A stretch of 64,000 nucleotides of DNA, taken from positions 21,124-85,123 of the forward strand of contig CAVSIW010000043.1 in NCBI GenBank assembly GCA_963727945.1, given 5' to 3'. Of this stretch, positions 54,355-64,000 are shown one piece after another (within the stretch, counting starts at the first letter, position 1; the number at the start of each line of letters is the position of its first letter). The stretch comes from an uncultured Acidobacteriota bacterium (GTDB taxonomy: Bacteria; Acidobacteriota; Terriglobia; Acidiferrales; UBA7541). The translations under genes and the position numbers were made by a program. A model generated the notes under the pieces. It saw nothing but the letters and a program-made list of their open reading frames with translations. It did no database searches and had not been told where the DNA came from.

Positions 54355-55071
54355 ATGCCGGGCGATCACCCTGGGAGCGGCTCCTCTGTGCGAAACGCTA
54401 GCGTACTAATCCTGACCGATGAACCAGAATTTGCACGGCTCTTGACCGCCTGTTGGCAGGCAGAGCGGCAAGCTCCGGGGATTACAGTCCTCAGCAGCGA
54501 ACTCTGGAAAGATCACGAAGCAGCACCGCACAATCTCGTGGTTGTTGGGCCGGTGCTGGAAGGCAAACTGCCTGAGATTTTGCAGTCTTTGGAACCGGCG
54601 GCGGCGGTAATTCTTTGCGTTCCGGCGGAGTCCCGTGAGTTCGGGCAACTGCGTTCGCGATATCCGCGGCTGGTTCACATCCCTTTGCGGGAAGACTGGG
54701 CGCAAACGCTGCTGCTCGTTGCGGGCGAATCCTTACGCCGCGCGGAAGCTTTGCGGATTTCCAAACAAGCGGAGCGTCGCGCCGCAAAGAACGAGCATCA
54801 TGCAACGCTTGGCCGCTACATGATGGACATGAAGCACAGCGTCAACAACGCGCTGACCTCCATGCTCGGTAATGCCGAGCTGCTGCTTCTGGAGCCGGGC
54901 CAGCTTTCTTCGCAGTCCCTGGCGCAGATTAAGACGATTCACAGCATGGCGCTGCGCATCAACGAGATTATGCAGAGATTCTCATCGCTGGCGAGCGAGA
55001 TGCGGGAAGCTGAGAATGCATCTCAAGCTGAGACAGAAGCAGAGCCAGCGACCCCTGGGCCGCGCCGCTGA
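54355..55071 (+). CDS. Degenerate receiver + HisKA (DHp) protein lacking an ATPase domain
   Basis: VLILTDEPEFARLL...LVVVGP (Gly at the phospho-Asp position); H-box DMKHSVNNALTSMLGNAELL; protein ends without N/G1/F/G2 boxes. Confidence 0.75.
   Translation: MPGDHPGSGSSVRNASVLILTDEPEFARLLTACWQAERQAPGITVLSSELWKDHEAAPHNLVVVGPVLEGKLPEILQSLEPAAAVILCVPAESREFGQLRSRYPRLVHIPLREDWAQTLLLVAGESLRRAEALRISKQAERRAAKNEHHATLGRYMMDMKHSVNNALTSMLGNAELLLLEPGQLSSQSLAQIKTIHSMALRINEIMQRFSSLASEMREAENASQAETEAEPATPGPRR
55020..55034. promoter_or_regulatory. Enhancer-like site embedded in the 3' end of the upstream CDS
   Basis: ATCTCA-AGC-TGAGAC, about 120 bp upstream of a sigma-54 promoter; IHF-like site (1 mismatch) at 55090-55102 in between. 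Confidence 0.55.
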
Positions 55072-55151
55072 CTTGTACCGGCAAGCCCGTAAATCGCTCA
55101 TAAATAAGCCCTTATACAAGATGAACAAGGATGCTGACAGAGTTTGCAGCC

Positions 55152-55167
55152 TGGCTGCTGACGTGCA
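55152..55167 (+). promoter_or_regulatory. Sigma-54 (-24/-12) promoter of the second chemosensory operon
   Basis: TGGCTGCTGACGTGCA (GG-N10-GC). Confidence 0.65.
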
Positions 55168-55201
55168 CCTCTGGTCTGCGGAGAATTATGGGGAGATGTC
55201 G

Positions 55202-55567
55202 ATGCTGCAGAAAAAAGTACTCATCGTCGATGACTCGCCCTCGCAAGTGAAGCTGATCCAGGGCTTTCTTGAGCACGAAGGCTACCGGCTAGTGGGCATA
55301 AACGACCCGGAACGAGTCGAAGAAGCGATTGCCACCGAACGGCCGAGTGTCATTTTGCTGGACGTGGTAATGCCCAAGCGGAATGGCTTTCAGGTTTGCC
55401 GGGAGTTGAAGAATCACTCAGAGTACAACGCGATACCGGTGATTCTGGTGACGTCGAAAAACACCGAGAGCGACAGATTCTGGGGCCAGCAGCAAGGCGC
55501 GGACGGCTACGTGACCAAGCCGTTTACGAAAGACGAGTTGCTGCGCGCTGTACGGCGATTTGCATAG
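55202..55567 (+). CDS. CheY-like response regulator (PilH-like)
   Basis: VLIVDDSP, LLDVVMPKRNGFQVCR, VTSK..ESDRFWG..QGADGYVTKPF; the DRxWG..QGA segment is PilH-like. Confidence 0.88.
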   Translation: MLQKKVLIVDDSPSQVKLIQGFLEHEGYRLVGINDPERVEEAIATERPSVILLDVVMPKRNGFQVCRELKNHSEYNAIPVILVTSKNTESDRFWGQQQGADGYVTKPFTKDELLRAVRRFA

Positions 55568-55590
55568 AAGATTTTTGAGGACGATTTGGG

Positions 55591-56112
55591 ATGAGCGAAG
55601 ATTTTCATCTAGTGCCGCTGCCAGCGGATGCGGACGACCTGCTCGAAGCGCTCGGGCCGATGGAAGAGCGCCCGCCGGAGTCGCAATACTGCGTTTTTCG
55701 CAGTGGACGCGAACGGTTTTGCTTGCCGGTGCTGGACGTCGAGGAAGTTTTGGACTGGCCGCTGCTGACGAAGCTGCCGCTTGGACCGGCATACCTGGCG
55801 GGGATTTTCAATTTGCGCGGAGCGATCGTGCCGCTGATTGACATCGCGATTACGGAAGGACGCCGACCTGGGTTGCTGCCGAAGCATGTGGTCGTGGCTT
55901 CGCTGCGAGGCGAAGGCGCGCACGACGATTTGCGAATCGGCATCGCGGCGGACGAAGTGATCGGGACGTATTCGGTGAATAGCGAGGACTTGCTGGAACA
56001 AGCTCCAGAAAATGTGCCGCATTGCACCGGAATGCTCCGGCACGACGACCGGCTGGCGCTAATCATTGATCTGAGGAGATTGCTCGAGGTCTTTCCGGGA
56101 CCGAGCATTTGA
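55591..56112 (+). CDS. cheW: CheW-like coupling protein
   Basis: VEEV, LAGIFNLRGAIVPLID, GIAADEVIG. Confidence 0.88.
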   Translation: MSEDFHLVPLPADADDLLEALGPMEERPPESQYCVFRSGRERFCLPVLDVEEVLDWPLLTKLPLGPAYLAGIFNLRGAIVPLIDIAITEGRRPGLLPKHVVVASLRGEGAHDDLRIGIAADEVIGTYSVNSEDLLEQAPENVPHCTGMLRHDDRLALIIDLRRLLEVFPGPSI

Positions 56113-56186
56113 TTTTGCAAGGGTGAGCTTTCGCGGGCCCTGCCGCGTGCGGATAAGGGCACCGCAATGGACATTTGGAGGAAGGC

Positions 56187-57629
56187 ATGAAATCGCGACT
56201 GAGTTCCACAATCTGGACGCTGGTCCTGATGAATGGCGTCATTCTGTTTGCCGTGCTGGGTCTGGCTTACAGCGCCGGGCGGCAATCCGGCGGAGCGTCC
56301 TTGTTCGACTTCGGGTCGCTGCCGAGCGGGGCTAGCGGCGCCGTGATGCTGGCGCTGTTGCTGGCGCTCGGCATGGCCGTCTTCCTGGCGTGGCGACTGG
56401 GCAGCCGGTTGCTGACGCCGGTGCAGGAGCTCGCGCAATTTTCCGAGCGCATGGCCGCGGGTGATCCGCGAGCGCGCGTCGAAGTCACCACAGGCGATGA
56501 GCTAAGTTACATCGCCGACAATTTGAATCGCGCCGTGGCGAAGGTCTCTAAAGCGACCAGCAACCAGGATGCGAACGACGCACTGCAGCGCAGCATCACG
56601 GAACTGCTGACGGTCATCAACCAGGTGGCGCGCGGCGATTTGACGCTGCGCGGAAAAGTCACCAACGACGCGCTGGGCAATGTCGCGGACTCGATCAACT
56701 ACATGCTCGACAACTTCACCAAGGTTCTGGAGCGCGTACGCAAGGCGGCTATGGAAGTCACGGCTTGCTCAAACAACATTCTCGTGGCGGCCGACGAAAT
56801 GCAGGCCGGCGCGACTCAGCAGGACCAGGAAATCACGAATACGTCGAGCGCCGTGGAAGAACTGACGGTTTCGATGAAGCAGGTGTCTAACAACGCGGAA
56901 GCCAGCGCGGAAGCGGCACGCCGCGCGCTGGACGCCGCCGAACAGGGCAACCGCGCCGTGCGCGATACGCTCGAAGGCATGCAGCGCATTCGCGCTTCTG
57001 TGCAGGCAACTGCGAAGAAGATCAAGTCGCTCGGCGACCGCTCTCTCGAAATTTCGGAAATCATCAACGTCATCAACGACATCACGGAACAGACGAACTT
57101 GCTCGCGTTAAACGCGGCGATTGAGGCGGCTCGCGCAGGCGAAGCGGGACGTGGTTTCGCGGTCGTTGCGGACGAGGTTCGCAAACTCGCGGAACACAGC
57201 CGAAGCGCCACGAAGGATATCGCGGCGCTCATCAAGGCCATTCAGGCGGAGACGAACGAAGCCGTGGTGGTCATGGAAGAAGGCACGAAGGAAGTGGAAA
57301 GCGGCGCAACGCTCGCGGATCAAGCAGGACGCGCGCTGGACGCCATTTCGAACGTGGTACGCCAGTCGGCGGAACTTGTCCAGGAAATCTCACTGGCTTC
57401 CAAACAACAGGTGCGCGGCACGGAAGGCGTCGCGCACGCGATGCAAATTATCTCGAGCATTACGCGGCAGACGTCTCAAGGCACGCGCGGAACCGTCGCG
57501 ACGGTCAGCCAGCTCGTAAAACTTTCCGATCAACTAAACGAAGCGCTGGCGCAGTTCCGCGCAACGTCGAAGTCCGGCAACATTTTGGAAGATTCCGAGC
57601 GGCCCGTCCCAGCCGGCGCTCTGCGGTAA
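56187..57629 (+). CDS. Methyl-accepting chemotaxis protein (PilJ-like signalling domain, very short periplasmic loop)
   Basis: Two TM helices about 22 aa apart, two HAMPs ([11 protein letters not shown]), [50 protein letters not shown]. Confidence 0.93.
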   Translation: MKSRLSSTIWTLVLMNGVILFAVLGLAYSAGRQSGGASLFDFGSLPSGASGAVMLALLLALGMAVFLAWRLGSRLLTPVQELAQFSERMAAGDPRARVEVTTGDELSYIADNLNRAVAKVSKATSNQDANDALQRSITELLTVINQVARGDLTLRGKVTNDALGNVADSINYMLDNFTKVLERVRKAAMEVTACSNNILVAADEMQAGATQQDQEITNTSSAVEELTVSMKQVSNNAEASAEAARRALDAAEQGNRAVRDTLEGMQRIRASVQATAKKIKSLGDRSLEISEIINVINDITEQTNLLALNAAIEAARAGEAGRGFAVVADEVRKLAEHSRSATKDIAALIKAIQAETNEAVVVMEEGTKEVESGATLADQAGRALDAISNVVRQSAELVQEISLASKQQVRGTEGVAHAMQIISSITRQTSQGTRGTVATVSQLVKLSDQLNEALAQFRATSKSGNILEDSERPVPAGALR

Positions 57630-57678
57630 GCAGTGATTTTCAGCTCGGGCAAGAGGCCAGAGCAAAAGCGGGACGGTA

Positions 57679-58563
57679 ATGAGCGAACGGCAGGGGCCGG
57701 CACACGGTCTTAGTGAACACGAACTGAGCGAGATCCGCATGCTGATAGAAGAGCGGACGGGCATCTGTTTTGACGAATCGCGGGCGCGGTTTTTCTCGAC
57801 GCGCGTGAAGGAGCACTTGCGCGCGAAGGGCTATGAACGTGGCACGGACCTGCTGCGGGCGATGCGGAAGTCGAATGTGGATTACGAAGCATTGCTCGAG
57901 GGATTGCTGACACAAGAGACGAGCTTCTTCCGCTACCCGAGCGTGTATGAAGCATTCGAAAAGCGCGTGCTGCCTGAATTGCACGTGAAAAAGTTCTGGA
58001 AGAATCCACGCACGCTGCGCATCTGGAGCGCGGGCTGCTCGACAGGCGAGGAACCCTATTCCATCGCGATTACGATTGCGGACTCGCTCACTTTTTCTGA
58101 TTCGTGGAACGTGGAGATTCTCGCGACCGATGTCGGGCGACATGCACTGAAGCAAGCAGAGCGTGGTGTCTACTCCGGACGAAGCCTGGGCAGTGTCAGT
58201 CCGGAAAGACTAGCAGCACACTTCACGCAGGCCCATGACGGGCATCAGGTGAAGCCGCGGTTACGCAAGCTCGTCACGTTTGCACAGATGAATTTGGCAT
58301 CGGCGGTTTACGTCGGCCGCATGGACATGATTTTCTGCATGAACGTGCTGATTTATTTCTCCGAGGAACGGCGGCGCGCGCTTGTTCAACGGTTTTACGA
58401 CACTCTGGAGCCGGGCGGCTACTTGTTTCTCGGACATTCGGAATCAATCTCCAAGATGCCCGTGAAGTTTCAGGCCATCGTGCTGAATGACTGCATTCTA
58501 TACCGTAAGCCCACGGCGGAAGAGTTGCAAAAACCCGAACTCGTGGCGGAGGGACGCGCGTGA
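57679..58563 (+). CDS. cheR: Chemotaxis methyltransferase CheR
   Basis: TQETSFFR, WSAGCSTGEEPYS, ATDV, CMNVLIYF, GHSES. Confidence 0.93.
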   Translation: MSERQGPAHGLSEHELSEIRMLIEERTGICFDESRARFFSTRVKEHLRAKGYERGTDLLRAMRKSNVDYEALLEGLLTQETSFFRYPSVYEAFEKRVLPELHVKKFWKNPRTLRIWSAGCSTGEEPYSIAITIADSLTFSDSWNVEILATDVGRHALKQAERGVYSGRSLGSVSPERLAAHFTQAHDGHQVKPRLRKLVTFAQMNLASAVYVGRMDMIFCMNVLIYFSEERRRALVQRFYDTLEPGGYLFLGHSESISKMPVKFQAIVLNDCILYRKPTAEELQKPELVAEGRA

Positions 58564-61532
58564 GTATGCCGGACCGCGAAGCCGTCGAGATGTTCCTCCA
58601 GGAAGCGGCGGAGCATCTGCAATATCTCCGGGAGTACGTCAGTGTTTTGCAGGAGATCTCGCCACGACGCGAAGATCTCGAGCGCCTTTACATTTCGGCG
58701 CACACGCTAAGCGGAACTTCGGCAAGTTACGGATTCCCACGATTCTCCGAAATTGGAGGCAAACTCGCGCACGTATTTCAATACGCGCTGAACGCACCAC
58801 TCGGCGATGACCTGCATGGTCCTCTGACGGAATTCTTGTCGGACGGTATTTCTCTGCTCGAAACGGACCTCCTGGAGATCAGCGATACGGGCAAGGAAAG
58901 CCTCGATGATATCGCCGCGTTCAAGGAGCGTTATCGCTTTGCGTTCCCGACCGAACCTCCACCGCTGAATTATCCCCAGCCGCAGACGCACCCGGAACCG
59001 GGCAAAACGTCCGTGCAAGAGGCGGTTGTGGCGGCTGCAACTGGTTCCTACTTCGACGCCCTGCCCTCGGACGACGAAGTAGCCGACGAGATCCTGGAAT
59101 TCTTCCAGCCGGAAGCCGAAGAACACTTGCAAGTGGTCAGTGATTGCTTGATTTCGCTGGAGGGCAACAACAACCCTGAAGAGATCAATAAGCTGTTCCG
59201 CGCGATTCATACCGTGAAGGGATCCGCGGCGCAGGTAGGCTTGAAGCGGCTTGGGGCGATTGCTCACCGCGTGGAAGACCTGATCGGCCGCTTGCGTGAT
59301 GGCGAACTCGAACCTTCGCCCGCGGTTGTGGATATCTGCCTCGAATCCGTGGACGTGCTCAAGAAAACGCTGCATCGCCAGTGGGCCGACGAAAAGAGCA
59401 TGCGCGCTGGTGTCGATTCCCTGCTCGGACGAATCGCTGAATTTGCGCCGGTGGAAGTCGAAGAATCGGAAACCGCCGCGGGGACGGCAGTCCCCGACGC
59501 AGTTCACTCCGAGAAATCGGAAGAATCAGCTTTGGCGGTTACAACTGCAAAGAAGACAGCCAAGCCAGCGAGTTCGGCGGCAGCCGCAAAATCCGTGCGC
59601 ATAGCGCTATCGCGGCTCGACCGCATGATGAACACAGTCGGTGAGCTGGTCATCAACCGCACGCGAATGGTCGGGCGCGTGGCCGAACTGGAAAAGCTGG
59701 TTGATACGCTGAGCTTTTCGAAGGAACGTCTGCAAGGCAAAGTCGGAGAGTTCCAGGAGAAGTACGAGTTCAACCGCATTAGCTCAACGCGGCAGACAGG
59801 CCCGTGGAGTCCGTCCACTGCCCGGCAGACGCTTACGAACGCAGCCTCGGGTGATACATCGTTCTGGTCCGATTTCAGCGAACTCGAAATGGACCGCTAC
59901 GATGATTTCAATATTCTTTCGCGCTCCATGGCGGAAATCTCCGCGGACGTGAACGAAGTGCTTTCCCAGCTCGAGGGATTTATCGGGCGCGTTGAAGGCG
60001 ACATCGACGAGTTCACAAAACTTGCGCACCACCTTCAGGACGAAATCACCGCGGCCCGCATGGTTCCGATCGGAACGCTCTATTCGCGGCTTTCGCGCGC
60101 GGTGCGTGACGCGGCGAAATCGGCGGCCAAGCAAGTGGACCTCGATCTTTCCGGCAGCGAGACGGAGCTCGACAACAACATTATTCAGCAAATTTCCGAT
60201 CCCCTCGTGCACCTCGTCCGAAATTCGGTCGCGCATGGAATTGAGCGCCCCGAAGATCGCATCACCGCAGGCAAGCCGGAACTTGGCAAGGTTTCGCTAC
60301 GTGCCTATCACCGCGGCAATCACATTTATATCGAAGTGGAAGACGATGGCCGGGGCATTGACTACGAGCGCGTGAAACAGAGCGCGATCGAGCGCGGCCT
60401 CGTTTCACCGGAAACCGCTGACCGCCTCACCGAGCGCGACCTGCGCGCGATGCTTTTTCATCCCGGGTTCACAACGGCGCCCGTCAAAACCGAGTTGGCC
60501 GGACGCGGTGTTGGCCTGGACGTCGTGCGCGCAAACCTGAACGCGCTGAACGGCGAAATTGACATTCAGAGCGTCAGCGGGCAAGGGACGAAATTTACAC
60601 TGAAAGTGCCGCTGACGTTGATCATCTCCCCTGCACTTTTTGTCCGCTGCGGAACGACTAACTTTGCGCTCCCGCTGGCCATTGTGGAGGAGATTCGCCG
60701 CCTGCGCGCGGACGAAATCGAGGACGTGGGCGGAAAGCTGCTCACCAAGGTTCGCGATGTGGTGACCGAAGTCGTGAGGCTCGATACTTACTTGGGTTTG
60801 CCGCCGCTTGAGCCGGTCAACGGTTACTTCCGCATGGTGGTTGCCAATGCGGGCAATCGTCAAATTGGCTTGGTCGTGGAAGAGGTGCTCGGCAAAGACG
60901 AAATCGTCATCAAGAACCTCGGCGAATATCTGCGTCGCGTGAAACTTTTCCCCGGCACAACGATTGCGCCAGACGGCAGCCTTATTCTGCTAATCGATTT
61001 GAACCGCATGGTCGCAAACGAGCCGACGGAACGCCGCCCGCTGCAGGCCAGCGCCAGCGCGGCGCGCATCTTTGCGCCGGGCTCGACCGCTGTGGCTCGC
61101 GGCACGATTCCTGCCGAAGCTATCGATCGCGTCGAGCAAGAGCGCCTGATCGTGGTCGCAGACGATTCCATCAGCGTGCGCAAGTTCGTCGGACGCATGC
61201 TGGAGAAGAACGGTTATCGCGTGAAACTCGCGGCCGACGGCATGGAGGCAGCGGAGCTCGTCACGCAGCACGGCTGCCACCTGGTGATTACCGACCTCGA
61301 AATGCCGCGCATGACGGGCTACGAGCTCATGGTGCAACTGCGGCAGAGCCCGACGACGCGGCGAATTCCAGTGATGGTCGTGACGTCGCGCGCTGGAGCA
61401 AAGCATCGAGATCGCGCAATGAAAGAAGGAGCGACCGCTTTCCTGACGAAGCCTGTCCAGGAAGATCAGCTGATTGCCGCCGTGGAGCAACTTATGGGAA
61501 CGGAGGCGCGACCAACCGTACCGGTTGCGTAG
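58560..61532 (+). CDS. cheA: Hybrid CheA-receiver kinase with two Hpt domains (ChpA-like)
   Basis: Hpt1 AHTLSGTS, Hpt2 IHTVKGSA, LEMDRYDD, HLVRNSVAHGIE, GRGVGLDVV, CheW domain, C-terminal receiver (DDSISVR, TDLEMPRM, TSR, KP). Confidence 0.93.
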   Translation: MSMPDREAVEMFLQEAAEHLQYLREYVSVLQEISPRREDLERLYISAHTLSGTSASYGFPRFSEIGGKLAHVFQYALNAPLGDDLHGPLTEFLSDGISLLETDLLEISDTGKESLDDIAAFKERYRFAFPTEPPPLNYPQPQTHPEPGKTSVQEAVVAAATGSYFDALPSDDEVADEILEFFQPEAEEHLQVVSDCLISLEGNNNPEEINKLFRAIHTVKGSAAQVGLKRLGAIAHRVEDLIGRLRDGELEPSPAVVDICLESVDVLKKTLHRQWADEKSMRAGVDSLLGRIAEFAPVEVEESETAAGTAVPDAVHSEKSEESALAVTTAKKTAKPASSAAAAKSVRIALSRLDRMMNTVGELVINRTRMVGRVAELEKLVDTLSFSKERLQGKVGEFQEKYEFNRISSTRQTGPWSPSTARQTLTNAASGDTSFWSDFSELEMDRYDDFNILSRSMAEISADVNEVLSQLEGFIGRVEGDIDEFTKLAHHLQDEITAARMVPIGTLYSRLSRAVRDAAKSAAKQVDLDLSGSETELDNNIIQQISDPLVHLVRNSVAHGIERPEDRITAGKPELGKVSLRAYHRGNHIYIEVEDDGRGIDYERVKQSAIERGLVSPETADRLTERDLRAMLFHPGFTTAPVKTELAGRGVGLDVVRANLNALNGEIDIQSVSGQGTKFTLKVPLTLIISPALFVRCGTTNFALPLAIVEEIRRLRADEIEDVGGKLLTKVRDVVTEVVRLDTYLGLPPLEPVNGYFRMVVANAGNRQIGLVVEEVLGKDEIVIKNLGEYLRRVKLFPGTTIAPDGSLILLIDLNRMVANEPTERRPLQASASAARIFAPGSTAVARGTIPAEAIDRVEQERLIVVADDSISVRKFVGRMLEKNGYRVKLAADGMEAAELVTQHGCHLVITDLEMPRMTGYELMVQLRQSPTTRRIPVMVVTSRAGAKHRDRAMKEGATAFLTKPVQEDQLIAAVEQLMGTEARPTVPVA

Positions 61533-61538
61533 ACGACC

Positions 61539-62669
61539 ATGGCCCCGAGCGCACACAAAAAGTTTCGCGTGCTGATCGTGGACGACTCCGCCTTCATGCG
61601 GAAAGTCCTCGAGACGATTTTCAGCGCCGACGATCAATTGCAGGTAGTCGGCCACGCAAAAGACGGCCGCGAAGCCGTAGCGCTCGCCGAATCTCTCAAG
61701 CCCGACGTCATCACCATGGACATCAACATGCCGCACGTTGATGGTCTACAGGCCACGGCACAGATCATGACCACGAATCCGCGGCCGATCGTTATCGTGA
61801 GCTCCGAATCGCGAGACGGCGCGGCGAGCACTTTGAAAGCGCTCGAGCTCGGAGCCATTGAGTTTGTCGCCAAGCCGTCGAGCGGCATCGACCTCGACAT
61901 GCAAAGCGTGAAAGAAGATTTAGTGCGAAAGGTGCGTATGGCGGCAAAGGTCCGCGTCGTGCGTACGGCGTCGCGGCTCGCCTCCACGGTACAGAAATCG
62001 AACGGCGCTTCGCCGGCAACGCCCGCGCCGCCCGTTTCCTCGCGTCCCGCACCGAGTTCAGGACTCGATCAGCGCTTCCCTGTTGTTGTGTTGGCTGCGT
62101 CCACGGGCGGTCCGGCAACGGTCATGCGCCTTGCTCCGGGCTTCACGCGCGAATTTCCCGCTGCGGTCATCTTGGTGCAACACATGCCGGCCGCGTTCAC
62201 AACACAGTATGCGGCGCAGCTCGCCGAGTTCACGGGTATTCGTGTCAAGGAAGCGGAACCAAACGAATCGTTGCAACCTGGCACGTTCTACATTTGCCCA
62301 GGCGGCCACCATTTGCGCGTGACTCCATCGGGACGCATTCAGTTGGATGGATCGAGCGGCCGCATCAACGGCTACTTGCCAAATATTGACGCGACAATGG
62401 AATCCGTCGCGGCTTACGCCGGCGCGATGAGCATCGGTGCGATTCTTACCGGCATGGGCAATGACGGCGCGAGCGGCGCAAAGGCCATCAAAGCCGCTGG
62501 CGGTTTAGTGCTGGCCCAGGATGAAGCGACCTGCGTGATCTTCGGAATGCCCGCGGAAGCCATCAAGGCCGGCGCAGTAGATGAAGTGCTTGGGATTGAT
62601 GACATTTATCCCGCGATCGAAAAGCGCGTGATTAGTATTTGCCGCTCCACACCTGTGGGAGTCCGCTAA
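61539..62669 (+). CDS. cheB: Chemotaxis methylesterase CheB (REC + CheB)
   Basis: VLIVDDSAFMR, TMDINMP, ASTGGP, VQHMP, TGMGNDGA, GMP. Confidence 0.93.
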   Translation: MAPSAHKKFRVLIVDDSAFMRKVLETIFSADDQLQVVGHAKDGREAVALAESLKPDVITMDINMPHVDGLQATAQIMTTNPRPIVIVSSESRDGAASTLKALELGAIEFVAKPSSGIDLDMQSVKEDLVRKVRMAAKVRVVRTASRLASTVQKSNGASPATPAPPVSSRPAPSSGLDQRFPVVVLAASTGGPATVMRLAPGFTREFPAAVILVQHMPAAFTTQYAAQLAEFTGIRVKEAEPNESLQPGTFYICPGGHHLRVTPSGRIQLDGSSGRINGYLPNIDATMESVAAYAGAMSIGAILTGMGNDGASGAKAIKAAGGLVLAQDEATCVIFGMPAEAIKAGAVDEVLGIDDIYPAIEKRVISICRSTPVGVR

Positions 62670-63205
62670 TGCGCGTGGCCGCACCGCCTGCCAAGCTCCA
62701 CGCCGCGCGCACGGAGCAGATCATCCTCTTCCGCGTGTCCGGCCAGCTTTTTGCTGTCTCCTCCGCTTCGGTCCAGGAAGTTCGCAGCGTGGACAGCCTT
62801 TCAGGCGCTGCAACCGAAATTAATCAGCCAACTCTTCGGAAAGTCCGCCACGTTCTGCGGCGCGGCGACAAAGCGCTCTACGTTGTGAATGGAGCCGCAC
62901 ATTTCGGATTGCCTGCGTCTTCGGCAGGGCTCGTTTTCGTGCTCCGCAAAACTCGAACCGCATTATTGGTGGACGGCATAGATAAGATGGCCACGATGAC
63001 CCGCTTGCAGGCTCTTCCTCTCGCCTACTGCCATGAAGAGCGTCAGTGGTACCGCGGCCTCACAGCCCTGGATCAGAACGTCATACCGGTGGTGAATCCC
63101 GAAGGTTTCTTGACCGCCGATGAATTTGCACTGCTCGACGCGTCCCTGGTTCCCGAGAAATTGCCGGACGAACTAACTGGCGACGGGATGGAGCTGCCGG
63201 AATGA
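62669..63205 (+). CDS. Divergent CheW-like protein
   Basis: ILFRVSGQLFAV..SVQEV, ALLVDGI, VIPVVNP; TAATG overlap with cheB. Confidence 0.75.
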   Translation: MRVAAPPAKLHAARTEQIILFRVSGQLFAVSSASVQEVRSVDSLSGAATEINQPTLRKVRHVLRRGDKALYVVNGAAHFGLPASSAGLVFVLRKTRTALLVDGIDKMATMTRLQALPLAYCHEERQWYRGLTALDQNVIPVVNPEGFLTADEFALLDASLVPEKLPDELTGDGMELPE

Positions 63206-63681
63206 CCCAGGCCGCCGAATCCACTTCGCAATCGTTCGTTCTGCTGCGTCTCGTCGAGCGCCGCTTTGCCGTGGCTGCCACGCAAATCTCGGAGCTTGTG
63301 GCTCCGAGCCGGATCTTTCGGTTTCCTCATCGCACCCCGAAGCTCGAAGGCGTGATTCTGCGCCGCGGCCGGATTGTTCCGGTCTGCGACGTCGCAGAGA
63401 AGCTGCTCGGCAAAGGTCTAACCTCGCGCCGCTTTTATCTAATCGCTGTTCGACACTACGGAGACAAGTCCGAGTGGGTGGCTTTGCCTGTAACCGGTGA
63501 TTGCGAACTGATTGCCGCAGAGATGACTCCAGCGGGAGAAACAGACGCTCCGCACGTTGCCGGTTGGATTTCCCATAACGGCGAAGTCATTGAAGTTCTG
63601 AATTTAGATGCACTCACGCCGGGCGAAACAGAACTGTCCGGTACAAACCCAGATGCAGTCGTTCTGGAGGCCACGCCGTGA
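63202..63681 (+). CDS. CheW-like protein
   Basis: FAV...ISEL, LEGVILRRGRIVPVCD, EVLNLDAL. Confidence 0.8.
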   Translation: MTQAAESTSQSFVLLRLVERRFAVAATQISELVAPSRIFRFPHRTPKLEGVILRRGRIVPVCDVAEKLLGKGLTSRRFYLIAVRHYGDKSEWVALPVTGDCELIAAEMTPAGETDAPHVAGWISHNGEVIEVLNLDALTPGETELSGTNPDAVVLEATP

Positions 63682-64000
63682 TGCTTCCCGGACGAGGGCC
63701 GAAGATTCTGCTGATTGACAGCAATGTGTATTTCGCGAAGCGGCTTGGCGATGCGCTGAAACGCGAAGGGTTCGAAGTTGTTTCGAGCACGCAAGCGGCT
63801 TATGCGCTGACGACACTCGAATACGACGCCCCCTCCGCGATCCTTTGTTCGACCAACATGCGCGAAATGGGGGCTCTCGAGATTGCCAAAATCATTCATG
63901 CCGATCCGAAGAACGCCGCGCTCCAGATCATCGCATTGGGCGACGGCAGTCAGCGCGCTCTGATGGAAGCGTTTCAGGCCGGCTGCGACGATTACATTGA
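63681..64000 (+). CDS. Atypical receiver-domain protein, 3'-truncated by the window
   Basis: Own translation (not in the ORF track): MLPGRGPKILLIDSNVYFAKRLGDALKREGFEV...PSAILCSTNMREMGALE...AFQAGCDDYI; Ser at the phospho-Asp position. Confidence 0.8.
   Translation, partial: MLPGRGPKILLIDSNVYFAKRLGDALKREGFEVVSSTQAAYALTTLEYDAPSAILCSTNMREMGALEIAKIIHADPKNAALQIIALGDGSQRALMEAFQAGCDDYI

Overview
This is a GC-rich bacterial chromosomal segment, most likely Acidobacteriota (inferred from the Oar-type TonB-dependent receptor, PilZ and TonB-C genes, gene order and intergenic repeats). It has four blocks. (1) 1-18.8 kb is housekeeping: DUF62, dppBC-type permeases, a CorC/HlyC protein, a type-2 ileS with a non-canonical GVHH signature, a penicillin-acylase-family gene, mutM-xseB-ispA-tlyA-nadK, lysA, a GAF-SpoIIE phosphatase, hpt, DinB and MarC. 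(2) 18.9-35.2 kb is a candidate D-amino-acid/D-peptide utilisation locus: a serine hydrolase, M1 aminopeptidase, NSAR/OSBS, GNAT, RpiR regulator, TonB-dependent receptor, two exported D-aminoacylase-like enzymes and a creatininase-family enzyme. Four copies of a palindromic operator (YRMAAC-N4-GTTRCR) lie beside its promoters. (3) 35.2-38.0 kb is an accessory patch: a 39-bp-period repeat, a small inverted-repeat element, and a 5'-truncated Rhs toxin with a putative immunity gene. It lies about 1 kb from an abrupt GC-skew switch. (4) 38-64 kb is a signalling island: PilZ genes, two chemosensory operons and a PAS kinase/receiver/NtrC-type activator. Three sigma-54 promoters with the same variant (TGGC-N6-CGTGC) are each preceded by a GTCTCA-N3-TGAGAC-like palindrome. 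At least 11 single-base frameshifts outside the Rhs fragment, including one in ileS, suggest uncorrected long-read errors, so split genes are reported as single CDSs. No rRNA, tRNA or CRISPR array was found.
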